Positions 28,425 through 39,477 of a stretch of 64,000 nt of DNA are shown here, in pieces. Origin of the DNA: an uncultured Gammaproteobacteria bacterium (GTDB taxonomy: Bacteria; Patescibacteriota; Patescibacteriia; UBA11705; JABHMO01); assembly GCA_964486065.1 (NCBI GenBank), contig CAZAKN010000002.1:29452-93451 (forward strand). The letters are read 5' to 3'. Numbering within the stretch: the stretch's first letter is position 1; each line of letters begins with the position of its first letter. The position numbers and the translations under genes were made by a program. The notes below the pieces were generated by a model. It worked only from the letters and a program-made list of their open reading frames with translations, was not told the origin of the DNA and did no database searches.

Positions 28425-28454
28425 AAGCCGCCCCTACGCGAGGGGCGGCTTTTT
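28425..28454. terminator. bidirectional terminator
   Basis: AAGCCGCCCCT-ACGCG-AGGGGCGGCTTTTT. Confidence 0.85.
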
Positions 28455-28468
28455 AATTATTCAATATT

Positions 28469-29083
28469 TTAAAACAACTTGGCTTTCATCGGCTCAAAAC
28501 TCTTGCGATGTATCGGGCAAGCGCCCACTTCTTTAATCTTGCCAAGATGCTTTTTGGTGCCATATCCTTTATGTTCGGCAAAACCATATTCAGGATAATT
28601 TTTATCAAAAGCGTTCATCATATTATCGCGAAAAACTTTTGCCACAATGGAAGCCGCCGCGATACTGATTATTTTACGATCTCCTTTAATTATCAATTCA
28701 AACGGTGTGGAAAAAACCAATTTTGCCATATAGTCCGACAAAATAAAATCCGGTTTGATCGGCAAATACTGCCAAGCTCTTTTCATAGCCATTTTATTGG
28801 CCAAAGACAAGCCATGCTTATCAATCTCGTTTTGTCTCACTATACCGATGGACCACGCGCGACATTTCCGCATAATGATATTCAGAAGTTCGCGTCTTTT
28901 TTTATCATTTAATAATTTTGAATCTTTAATGTTTTCAAATCCTTCGCCCAAGCTCGCGTCCAAGATAACCGCGCCGGCCACCAATGGTCCGGCTAAAGCC
29001 CCACGCCCCGCTTCATCAATCCCGCAAATACATTCATAGCCTTGTCCTCTCAGCTTGTCCTCGTATAAATAATCCATAATCAT
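28469..29083 (-). CDS. rnhB: ribonuclease HII
   Basis: GIDEAGRGALAGP, DSKLL, KGD...SIAAASIVAKV.RD, HKGYGT, HRKSF. Confidence 0.96.
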   Translation of the reverse strand: MIMDYLYEDKLRGQGYECICGIDEAGRGALAGPLVAGAVILDASLGEGFENIKDSKLLNDKKRRELLNIIMRKCRAWSIGIVRQNEIDKHGLSLANKMAMKRAWQYLPIKPDFILSDYMAKLVFSTPFELIIKGDRKIISIAAASIVAKVFRDNMMNAFDKNYPEYGFAEHKGYGTKKHLGKIKEVGACPIHRKSFEPMKAKLF

Positions 29084-31029
29084 TTTTTAATGTAGATCGG
29101 ATCAACCTGTTTTTTTTCTTCAAATTTTTTCAAATACTCAACTTTTTTTTCCGTCTTTCCCAGTCTGCCGGCGAAATCAGCCGCCACTTGGTACGGATAA
29201 GGTCGTTCCGGATCCAAATTAATGGCTTTTTCCAATTTTTCAAAAACCTTATCTTCATCTTCCAAAATCACATAAGAATCCGCCCAAGACCAATACACTT
29301 CTTGAACTTGTGGTACCATTTCCGCGGCATCTTCATAATATTGATTCATTTTTTCAATGTCTCCCAAATCACGATAATACATGGCCGTGGAAATATAGCT
29401 CATAAAATTTTCCGGATAAGCTTTCAGTAAATGACGATGCATTTCTTCGGCTTTCTCTAAGTATTCTTCAACCATATCGGGTTTTTTCTCCTTGGCGATT
29501 TGGACGATCTCGGAATATATTTTGAAAAGTTCAATCTTGTATTCCATATTATAAGGCCAAACATCAACCACTTCATTTTGCATATATTCCGCTTTTTGCA
29601 AATAATTGTTTATTCGCGCGGTTTTATTGTAATTCAAATCCGCTTGCCACGGACGAATATACAGATAAGTCAACAAACAAACTAAAACCAACAAAACACC
29701 GTAAATAATCACATTATTTTCTTTGTATAATTCTTTTCTGCCTTGCTTTTCTTCCGGCGCGACCGGCTCATAAAAAATCATACCCAAAGTCATGAATAAG
29801 AAAATATAACTCATCATGGTCGGAATGGAAAAAAAGTAATTCACCATATAAGCCACCAACAATATGGTTGTGAACAAGTACAAAAGTTCTTTTTTCCTAT
29901 AATATTTCCGCAAACTGGTGTACATGGCATAGCCCATAAGCGTCATAAAACCGATAAACACGAATATTCCTTCCATAACCAAAATATCTAAATACACATT
30001 ATGTGCCCGATCAAATCGCGACTCCAAAGGCGAAATCATGTGCGTATCACGATTAAAGTAAAAAGCGTTTTGATATAATTCCTGGCCCCAACCAAACCAC
30101 GGATGTTCCATGAACGCGTTCAAACCGGTCTGCCATACATAAATTCTCTGTAAATTGGATTTTGCTTCAACTGAAAAATCACTTAAAACCTTTTGTGAAA
30201 ATGAATTTTGCAAATAACCGAAACTGGAAAGCGTTACGAAAATTAAAAGCAGTAAACAAATAGTGGCGGTAATCCAGGAAATATTTCTTTTTTTATCCCA
30301 AAAATAAATAAAAATCCCGAACGGAATAATCACCGCCAAAGTTAACATACTGCTGGAAGTATAGGTATAATAAAGAGCTAAAAGTTGAAGCAACATGCTG
30401 ACTCCCAAACCGATTCGCCAATAAATGTTTTTTATTTGTATTATTCCATATATGGAAAATGTAATGGTAAACAGTAAAAAAGCCGACAGGAACAAGGGAT
30501 TACCCAAAGTGCTGGCGATTCTGTTATATGCTCCGCTTTCCCACACTAAAAAACTGAAATCCCAACCGTTTTTTTGTAAATCACCGTACAAAGAAATCAA
30601 TCCGGCGACCAAAGATAAAGGAATCATGGAGTACAATATCTGTTTTTTATTATCCCAAAAATAAGCCAAGATCATCGCCCACATCAGTAAGTAAAAATGG
30701 GTTAAAGTTCCCTCTTGCCTATTGTAAGAACCCCAGAAACTGTAACTCAAATGAGGAGACAATAACAAACTGATCAGTTTAAAAATAAAGATAAAGCCCA
30801 AAATACAAAAAAATATTTTTTGCGCCTTTGATATTTTCTTTATTCCTCCCTCCATGAGATACATAATGAAAAACAAAATCAACCAAGTACCGATAATCAA
30901 AAATAAATAATTTTTTGGCAATTCAAAAGAGCTTCTTTGCCAAGGAGAAAAAACAATGGCGGGTACCACCAGCATGGCATAAATCAGATAATTGATAATG
31001 TGTTTGATAACATTGGCAAAATGGGTCAT
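29080..31029 (-). CDS. O-antigen-ligase (Wzy_C) family membrane protein with C-terminal TPRs
   Basis: ~12 TM, STLGNP, PWFGWG, DRAHNVYLD, TPR tail. Confidence 0.88.
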   Translation of the reverse strand: MTHFANVIKHIINYLIYAMLVVPAIVFSPWQRSSFELPKNYLFLIIGTWLILFFIMYLMEGGIKKISKAQKIFFCILGFIFIFKLISLLLSPHLSYSFWGSYNRQEGTLTHFYLLMWAMILAYFWDNKKQILYSMIPLSLVAGLISLYGDLQKNGWDFSFLVWESGAYNRIASTLGNPLFLSAFLLFTITFSIYGIIQIKNIYWRIGLGVSMLLQLLALYYTYTSSSMLTLAVIIPFGIFIYFWDKKRNISWITATICLLLLIFVTLSSFGYLQNSFSQKVLSDFSVEAKSNLQRIYVWQTGLNAFMEHPWFGWGQELYQNAFYFNRDTHMISPLESRFDRAHNVYLDILVMEGIFVFIGFMTLMGYAMYTSLRKYYRKKELLYLFTTILLVAYMVNYFFSIPTMMSYIFLFMTLGMIFYEPVAPEEKQGRKELYKENNVIIYGVLLVLVCLLTYLYIRPWQADLNYNKTARINNYLQKAEYMQNEVVDVWPYNMEYKIELFKIYSEIVQIAKEKKPDMVEEYLEKAEEMHRHLLKAYPENFMSYISTAMYYRDLGDIEKMNQYYEDAAEMVPQVQEVYWSWADSYVILEDEDKVFEKLEKAINLDPERPYPYQVAADFAGRLGKTEKKVEYLKKFEEKKQVDPIYIKK

Positions 31030-31041
31030 AGACGAAAATTT

Positions 31042-32166
31042 TTACGAATAATATATATTTATTGTTTTTTGCAACATTTTTTTAAAACAAAATTTTTCAT
31101 TCACAAACCGTTTCGCGTTTTCCCCAAGTTCACTTCCGAGTAAGGGGTTATCTATTAGTTTTTCAATACAATCAGCCAATTCATTAGCTTCACCGGGACG
31201 ACAAATCAATCCGGTTTCTTGATTAACTATTTCCGGCACCCCGCCGACTTCCGTCGCCACCACCGGCAACCCGAAAGACATTGCCTCCATTATAACATAA
31301 GGGAAACCTTCTTTAAGAGAAGATAGAACAAAAATATCCATAATCTGCAATAGCTCTGGGATATCGTTTCTAAAACCCGGCATTATAAAATTATTTTCAA
31401 TTTTATTTGCTTTAATTCTTGCTTTCAAATCTTCTCGCAACTCACCATCGCCCACCAAAACAAAATAAACATTGGGATGTTTCTTAATTATTTTACTTGA
31501 AGCGTCAATTAAATATTTAAGTCCTTTTGTTTCATAAAAATTGGCAATAGCAACTACAACCACAGAATCTTCCGGTAGTTTTAAATAATTTTTTTTAATT
31601 TTAATTTTTTCATTGCCAAGCAAGTCATTGGCCACCTTGATACCATTATGAATAACAGTCAATTTTTTTTCTGAAGAAATACCATGTTTTAAAGCGTTTT
31701 TTTTATCAAAATCAGACACGCAAATTATCCGATCGGCAAATTTATTGGCAAATTTTTCCAAATTAATAAAAATTTTTTTCTTGAATTTTGAGCCGGGCTC
31801 ATTAAAGACAAATCCATGCGCCGTAAAAATAGTTTTTTTTGTTCCGGCGAGCCAAGCAGAAATATTTCCCAAAATTTCCGCTTTGGAAGAATTAGTGTGA
31901 ACAATATCAAATTTTTCTTTTTTAATAAAAGAACGCAATTGCCAAAGACAAATCGCGTCCGTAAAAGGTCTGATCGGTCTTATTAAATTTTTCATCACCT
32001 TGACTTTCACCTCTTTTGCTTTTAAACGACTAATTAATTCACCATTCCCTCCGCATAAAACCGTAACTTGAAAATCCTCCGGCAGATTGGTCGCCAGATC
32101 AAATACATATTTTTGCGCTCCCCCCCATGAAGATTGGGTAATTATGTAGAGGATTTTAGTTTTCAT
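31042..32166 (-). CDS. GT4 glycosyltransferase
   Basis: GGAQKYV, HNGI, KGLKYLI, EGFPYVIMEAM, VGGVPEI. Confidence 0.93.
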   Translation of the reverse strand: MKTKILYIITQSSWGGAQKYVFDLATNLPEDFQVTVLCGGNGELISRLKAKEVKVKVMKNLIRPIRPFTDAICLWQLRSFIKKEKFDIVHTNSSKAEILGNISAWLAGTKKTIFTAHGFVFNEPGSKFKKKIFINLEKFANKFADRIICVSDFDKKNALKHGISSEKKLTVIHNGIKVANDLLGNEKIKIKKNYLKLPEDSVVVVAIANFYETKGLKYLIDASSKIIKKHPNVYFVLVGDGELREDLKARIKANKIENNFIMPGFRNDIPELLQIMDIFVLSSLKEGFPYVIMEAMSFGLPVVATEVGGVPEIVNQETGLICRPGEANELADCIEKLIDNPLLGSELGENAKRFVNEKFCFKKMLQKTINIYYS

Positions 32167-32296
32167 AACATGTTAATTTTAACACTTTTACTTTACACAA
32201 TCAATCAGAAAAAAACACAAAAAGGATAACTTTTCAAATTGACCGATATACGGAATTTTAGTAAAATAATGTTAATAATAAATATTACTTTCAATT

Positions 32297-33382
32297 ATGA
32301 AAAAAGCTCTAATTACCGGAGTAACCGGACAAGATGGCTCATATTTAGCTGAATTGTTGATTGAAAAAGGATATGAAGTTCACGGTATAAAGAGAAGATC
32401 CGCTTCATTTAACACTGAAAGAATAGATCATTTATATCAAGATTCCCATGAAACAAACCGAAATTTTATCCTTCATTACGGTGATCTGACAGACGCAACA
32501 AACTTAATCAAGTTAGTGCAAAAAGTTCAACCTGATGAAATATATAATCTGGGAGCTCAAAGTCATGTAAAAGTCTCCTTTGAAACCGCTGAATACACCG
32601 CCAATTCTGATGCTTTGGGAACATTAAGATTACTGGAAGCCATTAAACTCCTTAATTTGCAAGAAAAAACAAAATTTTATCAAGCATCAACCTCTGAAAT
32701 GTTCGGCGCCGCCCCCCCGCCTCAAGATGAAAATACCAAATTTCATCCTAGAAGTCCTTATGCTGTGGCAAAACTCTATTCACACTGGATTACTATTAAT
32801 TATCGCGAAGCCTATAATATGTTTGCGGTGAGTGGAATTCTTTTCAATCATGAAAGCCCTCGCAGAGGCGAAACTTTTGTGACTAGAAAAATCACTCGTG
32901 CCGCATCCAGAATCAAACTTGGACTGCAAGATAAATTATATTTGGGGAATTTAAACGCAAAACGAGATTGGGGGCATGCCAAAGATTATGTAAAAGCCAT
33001 GCATTTAATGTTACAACAAAATACTCCCCAAGACTTCGTTATTGCCACCGGCAAACAATACTCGGTTAGAGAATTTTGTGAAGCCGTCTTCAATATGCTG
33101 GATATTAATTTAACTTGGGAAGGAAGCGGATTGGATGAAAAAGGAATTGATAAATCAAACAACAAAACAATAATTGAAATTGATCCAAGCTACTTCCGTC
33201 CCACGGAAGTAAATTCTCTTCAAGGTATTCCCCAAAAAGCAAAGCAAGAATTAGGCTGGGAACCGGAAATAACCTTTAATCAATTGGTAGAAGAAATGGT
33301 TGAAAAAGATCTTAAGGATGCAAAAATGGAGCTTCATCTTAAAAAGGGAGGCTTCACCATAAATCATAATTCTGATTTTTAA
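32297..33382 (+). CDS. gmd: GDP-mannose 4,6-dehydratase
   Basis: [44 protein letters not shown]. Confidence 0.97.
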   Translation: MKKALITGVTGQDGSYLAELLIEKGYEVHGIKRRSASFNTERIDHLYQDSHETNRNFILHYGDLTDATNLIKLVQKVQPDEIYNLGAQSHVKVSFETAEYTANSDALGTLRLLEAIKLLNLQEKTKFYQASTSEMFGAAPPPQDENTKFHPRSPYAVAKLYSHWITINYREAYNMFAVSGILFNHESPRRGETFVTRKITRAASRIKLGLQDKLYLGNLNAKRDWGHAKDYVKAMHLMLQQNTPQDFVIATGKQYSVREFCEAVFNMLDINLTWEGSGLDEKGIDKSNNKTIIEIDPSYFRPTEVNSLQGIPQKAKQELGWEPEITFNQLVEEMVEKDLKDAKMELHLKKGGFTINHNSDF

Positions 33383-33384
33383 TT

Positions 33385-34341
33385 ATGGAAAAAGAATCTA
33401 AAATTTTTGTAGCAGGTCACAGGGGGCTAGTGGGTTCAGCAATCGTCAAGAACCTTCTGGAAAAAGGCTACAATAATATTATAATGAGAACTCATCAAGA
33501 ACTTGATTTAATGAACAATCAAGCGGTTTCCGATTTTTTCACACAAGAAAAACCTGAATATGTTTTTTTAGCGGCTGCTAAAGTAGGTGGTATTCTTGCT
33601 AATAATGAGTATCCGGCTGATTTTATTTATGAAAACTTACAAATACAAAATAATGTAATCCATCATTCATATTTAAATAATGTAAAGAAATTATTATTTC
33701 TTGGTTCTTCTTGTATCTATCCCAAATTATGCGAACAACCCATGAAAGAAGAATACCTGCTTTCAGGAAAACTGGAACCAACCAATGAACCCTACGCAAT
33801 TGCCAAAATCGCCGGCATAAAAATGTGTCAAAGTTATAATCGCCAATTTGGCACTAACTTCATTGCAGTTATGCCGACAAATTTATATGGACCAAACGAT
33901 AATTTTGATTTAAACACTTCCCATGTATTGCCCGCTTTAATTAGAAAATTTCACGAAGCTAAAAAAGAAAATATAGAATCTGTAGAAGTTTGGGGCACCG
34001 GCTCTCCAAAAAGAGAATTTTTGCATGTAGAGGACATGGCCGACGGTTGTGTCTTTCTCATGAATAATTTCAACCCCACAAAAGAACAAAACCAATCGGG
34101 AGAAATTTTCTTAAATCTTGGAACCGGAAAAGAAGTCTCCATAAAGGAACTGGCTGAAACAATACAAAAAATTGTCGGTTTTAAGGGAAAAATAAAATGG
34201 AATAAAAATAAACCTGACGGAACCCCTCGTAAACTCCTTGATGTCTCAAAAATGGAAAAATTGGGGTGGAATTATAAAATTGATCTTAAAGAAGGTATAA
34301 AAAAAACTTATGAGTGGTATAAAGAATACTACAATGCGTAA
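33385..34341 (+). CDS. fcl: GDP-L-fucose synthase
   Basis: [38 protein letters not shown]. Confidence 0.96.
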   Translation: MEKESKIFVAGHRGLVGSAIVKNLLEKGYNNIIMRTHQELDLMNNQAVSDFFTQEKPEYVFLAAAKVGGILANNEYPADFIYENLQIQNNVIHHSYLNNVKKLLFLGSSCIYPKLCEQPMKEEYLLSGKLEPTNEPYAIAKIAGIKMCQSYNRQFGTNFIAVMPTNLYGPNDNFDLNTSHVLPALIRKFHEAKKENIESVEVWGTGSPKREFLHVEDMADGCVFLMNNFNPTKEQNQSGEIFLNLGTGKEVSIKELAETIQKIVGFKGKIKWNKNKPDGTPRKLLDVSKMEKLGWNYKIDLKEGIKKTYEWYKEYYNA

Positions 34342-35602
34342 ATATATTAAAAAAATAAAGGCAAAAACAGTTAAATTACTTCTCTGGACTCAAAAATGGA
34401 CAAAAACAGACATGCTATACCTTGCTAAAGGAGGGTTTTGGGTGACCATTGAAAAAATAATATTCAATTTAATTGGTATAGTATCAATCTTTGTTTTTGC
34501 AAACTACCTAAATCAAGAAACATATGGAAAATACCAATACATAGTTTCAATGGTGGCTATGCTTCAATTTTTCGGACTATTTGGAATAAACACATCTCTA
34601 ACATTAACAGTTGCCAAAGGAAATTCAGGAACTTTCTTTTCATCTCTTAAAGAAAAAATCAAGTGGGGAGTCATCGGCTCTTTTATATCGCTTCTTCTTG
34701 GAATCTACTATCTATCAAAACAAAACGAAATTTTGGGATATTCATTTGTTTTCGTTTCTGCTGCTATTCCTTTTATTGATTCATTATATTTATTCAAACC
34801 CTATTTAAGAGGCTTGAAAAAATTCAAAGACTACAGCATAAACAATATTACCATAAAAACACTATCAGCAGTAATCATTATAACATCTGTTTTGCTTACA
34901 AATAATTTATATATATTGATTTTTGTCACTGTCTTTCCGTCTATTTTTTTGAATTTATTTTTTACCAACAAATACCTAAAAAAGTATCCGCCAAACGAAA
35001 AAATAGACAAAGAATCAATAAACCTCGGAAAACATCTGAGCTTAATAAGCTTTTTATCAAAGTCAATGACCCATATAGATAAAATAATTATTTTTCAATT
35101 TTTGGGAGCTAAAGAAGTTGCCATTTACACCATAGCCATGACCCCAATTTCTAAAATAACCACCATGCTTTCAAGCAATATTGACACTCTTTCTCTTCCA
35201 AAAATAAGTGGAAAATCAATAAAAGAACTAAAAAAAATATTACCGCAAAAAATAAAAACATTAACATTTTTTTTGTTTTTAATAACAATTGTCTACATTA
35301 TATTCGCTCCAACATTATTTAAAATATTTCTGCCCAAATACCTTTCGTCCGTATTTCTGTCACAAATTTTTGCTTTTTCAATACTTTTATTGCCACTTAG
35401 CTTTTTCAATATATCCCTAAGCTCTCATTTCAAAAAAAAGCAATTATACTTAATAAATTTTGTCATACTGACCGTAAAAATACTATTATTTATCGTTTTA
35501 CTACCCTCATACGGAGCTCTTGGCATGATTATTTCATTATTAATTGGTGATCTGCTAAAATACATACTGTCAGCCTATATGTTTTACAAAATAAAAGAAT
35601 AA
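34334..35602 (+). CDS. Wzx-type oligosaccharide flippase
   Basis: ~12 [30 protein letters not shown]; start ATG 34334 overlaps fcl stop. Confidence 0.85.
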   Translation: MRKYIKKIKAKTVKLLLWTQKWTKTDMLYLAKGGFWVTIEKIIFNLIGIVSIFVFANYLNQETYGKYQYIVSMVAMLQFFGLFGINTSLTLTVAKGNSGTFFSSLKEKIKWGVIGSFISLLLGIYYLSKQNEILGYSFVFVSAAIPFIDSLYLFKPYLRGLKKFKDYSINNITIKTLSAVIIITSVLLTNNLYILIFVTVFPSIFLNLFFTNKYLKKYPPNEKIDKESINLGKHLSLISFLSKSMTHIDKIIIFQFLGAKEVAIYTIAMTPISKITTMLSSNIDTLSLPKISGKSIKELKKILPQKIKTLTFFLFLITIVYIIFAPTLFKIFLPKYLSSVFLSQIFAFSILLLPLSFFNISLSSHFKKKQLYLINFVILTVKILLFIVLLPSYGALGMIISLLIGDLLKYILSAYMFYKIKE

Positions 35603-35606
35603 CAAA

Positions 35607-36378
35607 ATGATTAAAACAATAATTAAAAAAATTCCTTTTGCAAAAAATTTGATAAAATTTTCTTATAAAAATTTCATTTTTACAAGAAATTATTTTATAT
35701 TTATCAAAGAATACTTCGTATTCAAGGGCGAAGAAAAAAATAAACCCTCAAAAATTAAATGGAAAGATAGAAAACCGATGCTTTTTGAAAAAACACCTTC
35801 AACAAAATTTGACCCACACTACACTTATCATCCTGCTTGGGTAGCGAGAATACTAAATCAAACACACCCTCAAAAACACATTGATATTTCGTCCATGCTT
35901 GAATTTTCCACAATGCTTTCCGCTTTTATTCTGGTAAAATTTTACGACTACCGGCCCGCAAAAATACAACTACCAGATTTAAAAATGCAAAAAAGCTGAC
36001 TTGGTTCAACTTGATTTTGCCGATAATTCAATCCAGTCCCTATCCTGCATGCACACGGTTGAACATGTTGGCTTGGGTAGATATGGTGACAAAATTGATC
36101 CAGATGGAGATGTAAAAGCAATGAAAGAACTGCAAAGAGTCCTCTCTCCCGGTGGAAATCTATTATTTGTCGTTCCGGTGGGCAAAGAAAAATTACAATT
36201 TAACGCTCATAGAATTTATTCCTATGAACAAATTATCAATAATTTTTCAAGTCTAAAACTGAAAGAATTTTCGTTAATTCCCGACAACGCACTTGATAAT
36301 GGAATGATTATTAATGCCGACCCAGAGCTAGTAAAAAACCAAAATTACGCTTGCGGATGCTTTTGGTTTACTAAATAA
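35607..36378 (+). pseudogene. DUF268-like methyltransferase-fold gene split by a 1-nt frameshift
   Basis: ORFs 35607..35999 and 36001..36378 fuse (DLKCKKADLVQLDFADNSIQSLSCMHTVEHVGLGRYGD) if one A is removed from the A5/A6 runs at 35981-35994. Confidence 0.8.
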
Positions 36379-36380
36379 AT

Positions 36381-37124
36381 ATGGAAAACAAAAATTGTAC
36401 AATTATAGTATCTAGTTTTGATGGCTATTCAGACGCCTGGGAGCCTTTTTTTACTCTATTTTTCCGCTACTGGCCCGACTACCCTTATGATATATACCTC
36501 ATTAGCAACGAACTGGAATATCCGGACAAAAGAATCAAATCAATAAAAATCAATCCAGATCTTGGCTGGTCTGGAAACATGATAAGAGCTCTAAAAAAAA
36601 TCAATACTGAATATATATTATACTTCCAAGAAGACTTTTTTATTCAAAAAAAGGTAAACACTGAAAGAATAAAAAAATTGATAGGAAAAATCAAAGAATA
36701 TAATGGAGTATATCTAAGAATTGACAACAAAAAAGCTGAAACATTTGAAATTAACGACGAACTTATTTGTGAAATTGATAAAAAAGCGAATTATATAAAT
36801 GCTCTACAACTCGCTATTTGGAATCGCGAATCATTTCTTTCTCTAATGGACAAAGACGAAAGTGGCTGGGACTTTGAGCTTAGAGGCGGATTGGAGAAAG
36901 CTAGAAAAATTGATGAAAAATTTTTATCAGTTAAAACCCCCGCTATTAATTATTTTGCAACAGCGATTGTCAAAGGCTATTACTTAAAAGGAGCGGTTAA
37001 TTTATGCAAAAAAGAAGGAGTAAAGCTAGATTTTAAAAAAAGAAAGATAGAACCTTTCTACCGTCAATTTTTAAGAAAGTATAAAATTCTTAATAAATTA
37101 TATAAAATCATACGAAATGCTTAA
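36381..37124 (+). CDS. putative GT-A fold glycosyltransferase
   Basis: SFDGYSDAWEPFF, YILYFQEDFF, W..E motif; glycan locus context. Confidence 0.7.
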   Translation: MENKNCTIIVSSFDGYSDAWEPFFTLFFRYWPDYPYDIYLISNELEYPDKRIKSIKINPDLGWSGNMIRALKKINTEYILYFQEDFFIQKKVNTERIKKLIGKIKEYNGVYLRIDNKKAETFEINDELICEIDKKANYINALQLAIWNRESFLSLMDKDESGWDFELRGGLEKARKIDEKFLSVKTPAINYFATAIVKGYYLKGAVNLCKKEGVKLDFKKRKIEPFYRQFLRKYKILNKLYKIIRNA

Positions 37125-38589
37125 AAATAAAGACGAATTAAAAGGAATAGTTGAGGACTGTTTACTAAGTCATGTAAATGATGATTTTATTATTGAAAAA
37201 AAAGCACCAACAGAATTGTTAAACTACAATCGCTTTGATTCTATTGCCAAATACATAGTCACTAGAAATTATAAAAAAAACGCTTCTCAAAGCTGGGCAA
37301 AAGAACTATACAAAGAAAACATTCGGGCTCTAAACAATTTTATTGAGAATCAAAATAATAAATTTGGCTTTGATAATTTTTATGATAGCATGCTCAAAAC
37401 AATAAAGAGTATAGAAAAAGAAGGATTTAATTCAAATAAATCAATAATACCGATATCAAAAGATGGAACTGCCTTAAACGGCTCTCACAGACTTGGTATT
37501 TCTCTGGCTATAAACAATGAATTACTGACAATAAATACAAACAAAGAACCATTTAGCTACAACTACAAATACCTAAAAGAAAAAGGGTTGTATGCAAAAT
37601 ACCTTGATTACATGGCCATCAACTACGCCAAATTGAAAAAGAACACACACACCGCCATTCTCTTTCCTATTGTTTTGGATAAAATTAACCAAGTAAAAGA
37701 AATAATTCAAAAAACCAGTGATATAGTGTACGAAAAAGATGTTTATTTAAACAGAAACGGCGTTCACAATCTAGTTGTTCAACTATATCGAGATAAAGAT
37801 TGGATCAGTATGGACCAAAATTATTTTGCTGGCGCAATTGAGCATTCATTTAACAGATACATTCCAAACAGGCCAATAAAAATCCTATTATTAGAATCTA
37901 ATAATATGGAAGATTTAAAAAACTCCAAAAAGCAAGTTAGAAAAATATTTAACTTTGGAAATTACCCCATACACATCGCCGATTTTCATGAAGAAACCGT
38001 AAGAATATCAGAACAATGCTTTAACCAAAACAGTATTCACTTTCTAAACCATGCTAAATACAAAAATAATCAAAACTTCAAGCAATTTTTCAAAGAATTC
38101 GATGATTGGATAAAAGATAATAAAATAGATAAAGATGATTTTTGCATTGATGGTAGTGCGGTTTTAGCCACATATGGACTCAGAGACTGTAAAGACTTTG
38201 ACTATCTCTCAATAAATGATAAAATCTTAGAAACAAAAAATATACACCTTCATAATGCACATATGCAAGACTTTGGTTTTATTATAGACGAATTGATATA
38301 CAACCCAAAAAATTATTTTTACTACAACGGATATAAATTTTTAACATTAGAAAATCTAAAGAAACTTAAAAAGAAACGCGGACAATATAAAGATAAAAAA
38401 GACATTAAATTAATTGAAACTGTTTTGGACACAAAAAACGGATTGAGAAAAATATTTTCAGATATAAAGTATTTTTTTAGTATTTTGCCAAATAGAATAG
38501 TTTTTTTTATCAAAAAAACTACGCCGAAACCGGTGAATCCAATATTTAAAAAAGTTTTTAAAATTATAAAAAAAATGTTGTATGGATAA
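37117..38589 (+). CDS. hypothetical multidomain protein (ParB/Srx-like, NDK-like, nucleotidyltransferase-like segments)
   Basis: SIEKEGF...IPI....NGSHRL; KKQVRKIF....IHIADFHEET; IDGSAVLATYGLRDCKDFDYL. Confidence 0.6.
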   Translation: MLKNKDELKGIVEDCLLSHVNDDFIIEKKAPTELLNYNRFDSIAKYIVTRNYKKNASQSWAKELYKENIRALNNFIENQNNKFGFDNFYDSMLKTIKSIEKEGFNSNKSIIPISKDGTALNGSHRLGISLAINNELLTINTNKEPFSYNYKYLKEKGLYAKYLDYMAINYAKLKKNTHTAILFPIVLDKINQVKEIIQKTSDIVYEKDVYLNRNGVHNLVVQLYRDKDWISMDQNYFAGAIEHSFNRYIPNRPIKILLLESNNMEDLKNSKKQVRKIFNFGNYPIHIADFHEETVRISEQCFNQNSIHFLNHAKYKNNQNFKQFFKEFDDWIKDNKIDKDDFCIDGSAVLATYGLRDCKDFDYLSINDKILETKNIHLHNAHMQDFGFIIDELIYNPKNYFYYNGYKFLTLENLKKLKKKRGQYKDKKDIKLIETVLDTKNGLRKIFSDIKYFFSILPNRIVFFIKKTTPKPVNPIFKKVFKIIKKMLYG

Positions 38590-39466
38590 AAAACATTTTT
38601 TCCAACCAAAATTAGTTTGCATTGCCAGATGCAAAAACGAAATTCACATCATCAAAAAGTGGTATGAATCACTACCTTTTGTAGATATTTTTATAATAAC
38701 AGACAATAATTCAACTGACGGGACCTATGAATACCTTAAATCACTACCGAATGTTATAGTAGTAAGACTTGATGGCTTTGATGAAGGTAGAGATTTTCAA
38801 ATACTTCTCAAAATGGCAAAAGCCCTAGACCCAGAATGGTTATTAAAAATTGATTGTGATGAAATATTTGAAGATATAGGAATAAAAAATTTCCATAAAC
38901 TACTTGAACAAAAAAGATTTGACTCATTTTTCTTTAGAAAATTTGAATTTGACTATAGACTAAGAGATGACGAGGTGGTAATGTCAAAAAACAGAGAAAA
39001 GCGACAAGAAGTGTTATTTTTAGCCAGAAACAATAAGCACATGAATATAAGAGATGTAAAAATTCATGTAGGAGGTTTAATGCTCTTCAAAAAACCGGCT
39101 ATTTGTAATTTTAGAGTAAAACATTATTCAAAACCATCTAAAGAAAAATCTAATGAAAAGTTTTCAACCTATGAATCTATTAAAGATAAGAAAGATCGAG
39201 TCCAAGACTATTCATCTTTTATTGAGTATCAAAATTATTTCAATAATATTATTGTAGAAAAATTTGAAAATGTGGAACAAAAAACACTAAACACCTTAAA
39301 CAAATACGGAATGCCTTGCTTATATTTCTCAAATAAGAAACATAAAATAATCAGCCCTCAAAAAAACAAAAAATATTACTATCTAAATATTAAACTTGCT
39401 TTATTCTCTTTGTTAAGGATTTTTCAATTAAGTAAAATTTTTTGGATATTTAAATCAAAAAAATAA
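38582..39466 (+). CDS. GT2-like glycosyltransferase
   Basis: ARCKNE, TDNNSTDGT, WLLKIDCDE. Confidence 0.85.
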   Translation: MDKKHFFQPKLVCIARCKNEIHIIKKWYESLPFVDIFIITDNNSTDGTYEYLKSLPNVIVVRLDGFDEGRDFQILLKMAKALDPEWLLKIDCDEIFEDIGIKNFHKLLEQKRFDSFFFRKFEFDYRLRDDEVVMSKNREKRQEVLFLARNNKHMNIRDVKIHVGGLMLFKKPAICNFRVKHYSKPSKEKSNEKFSTYESIKDKKDRVQDYSSFIEYQNYFNNIIVEKFENVEQKTLNTLNKYGMPCLYFSNKKHKIISPQKNKKYYYLNIKLALFSLLRIFQLSKIFWIFKSKK

Positions 39467-39477
39467 TTTAAAAAAAT

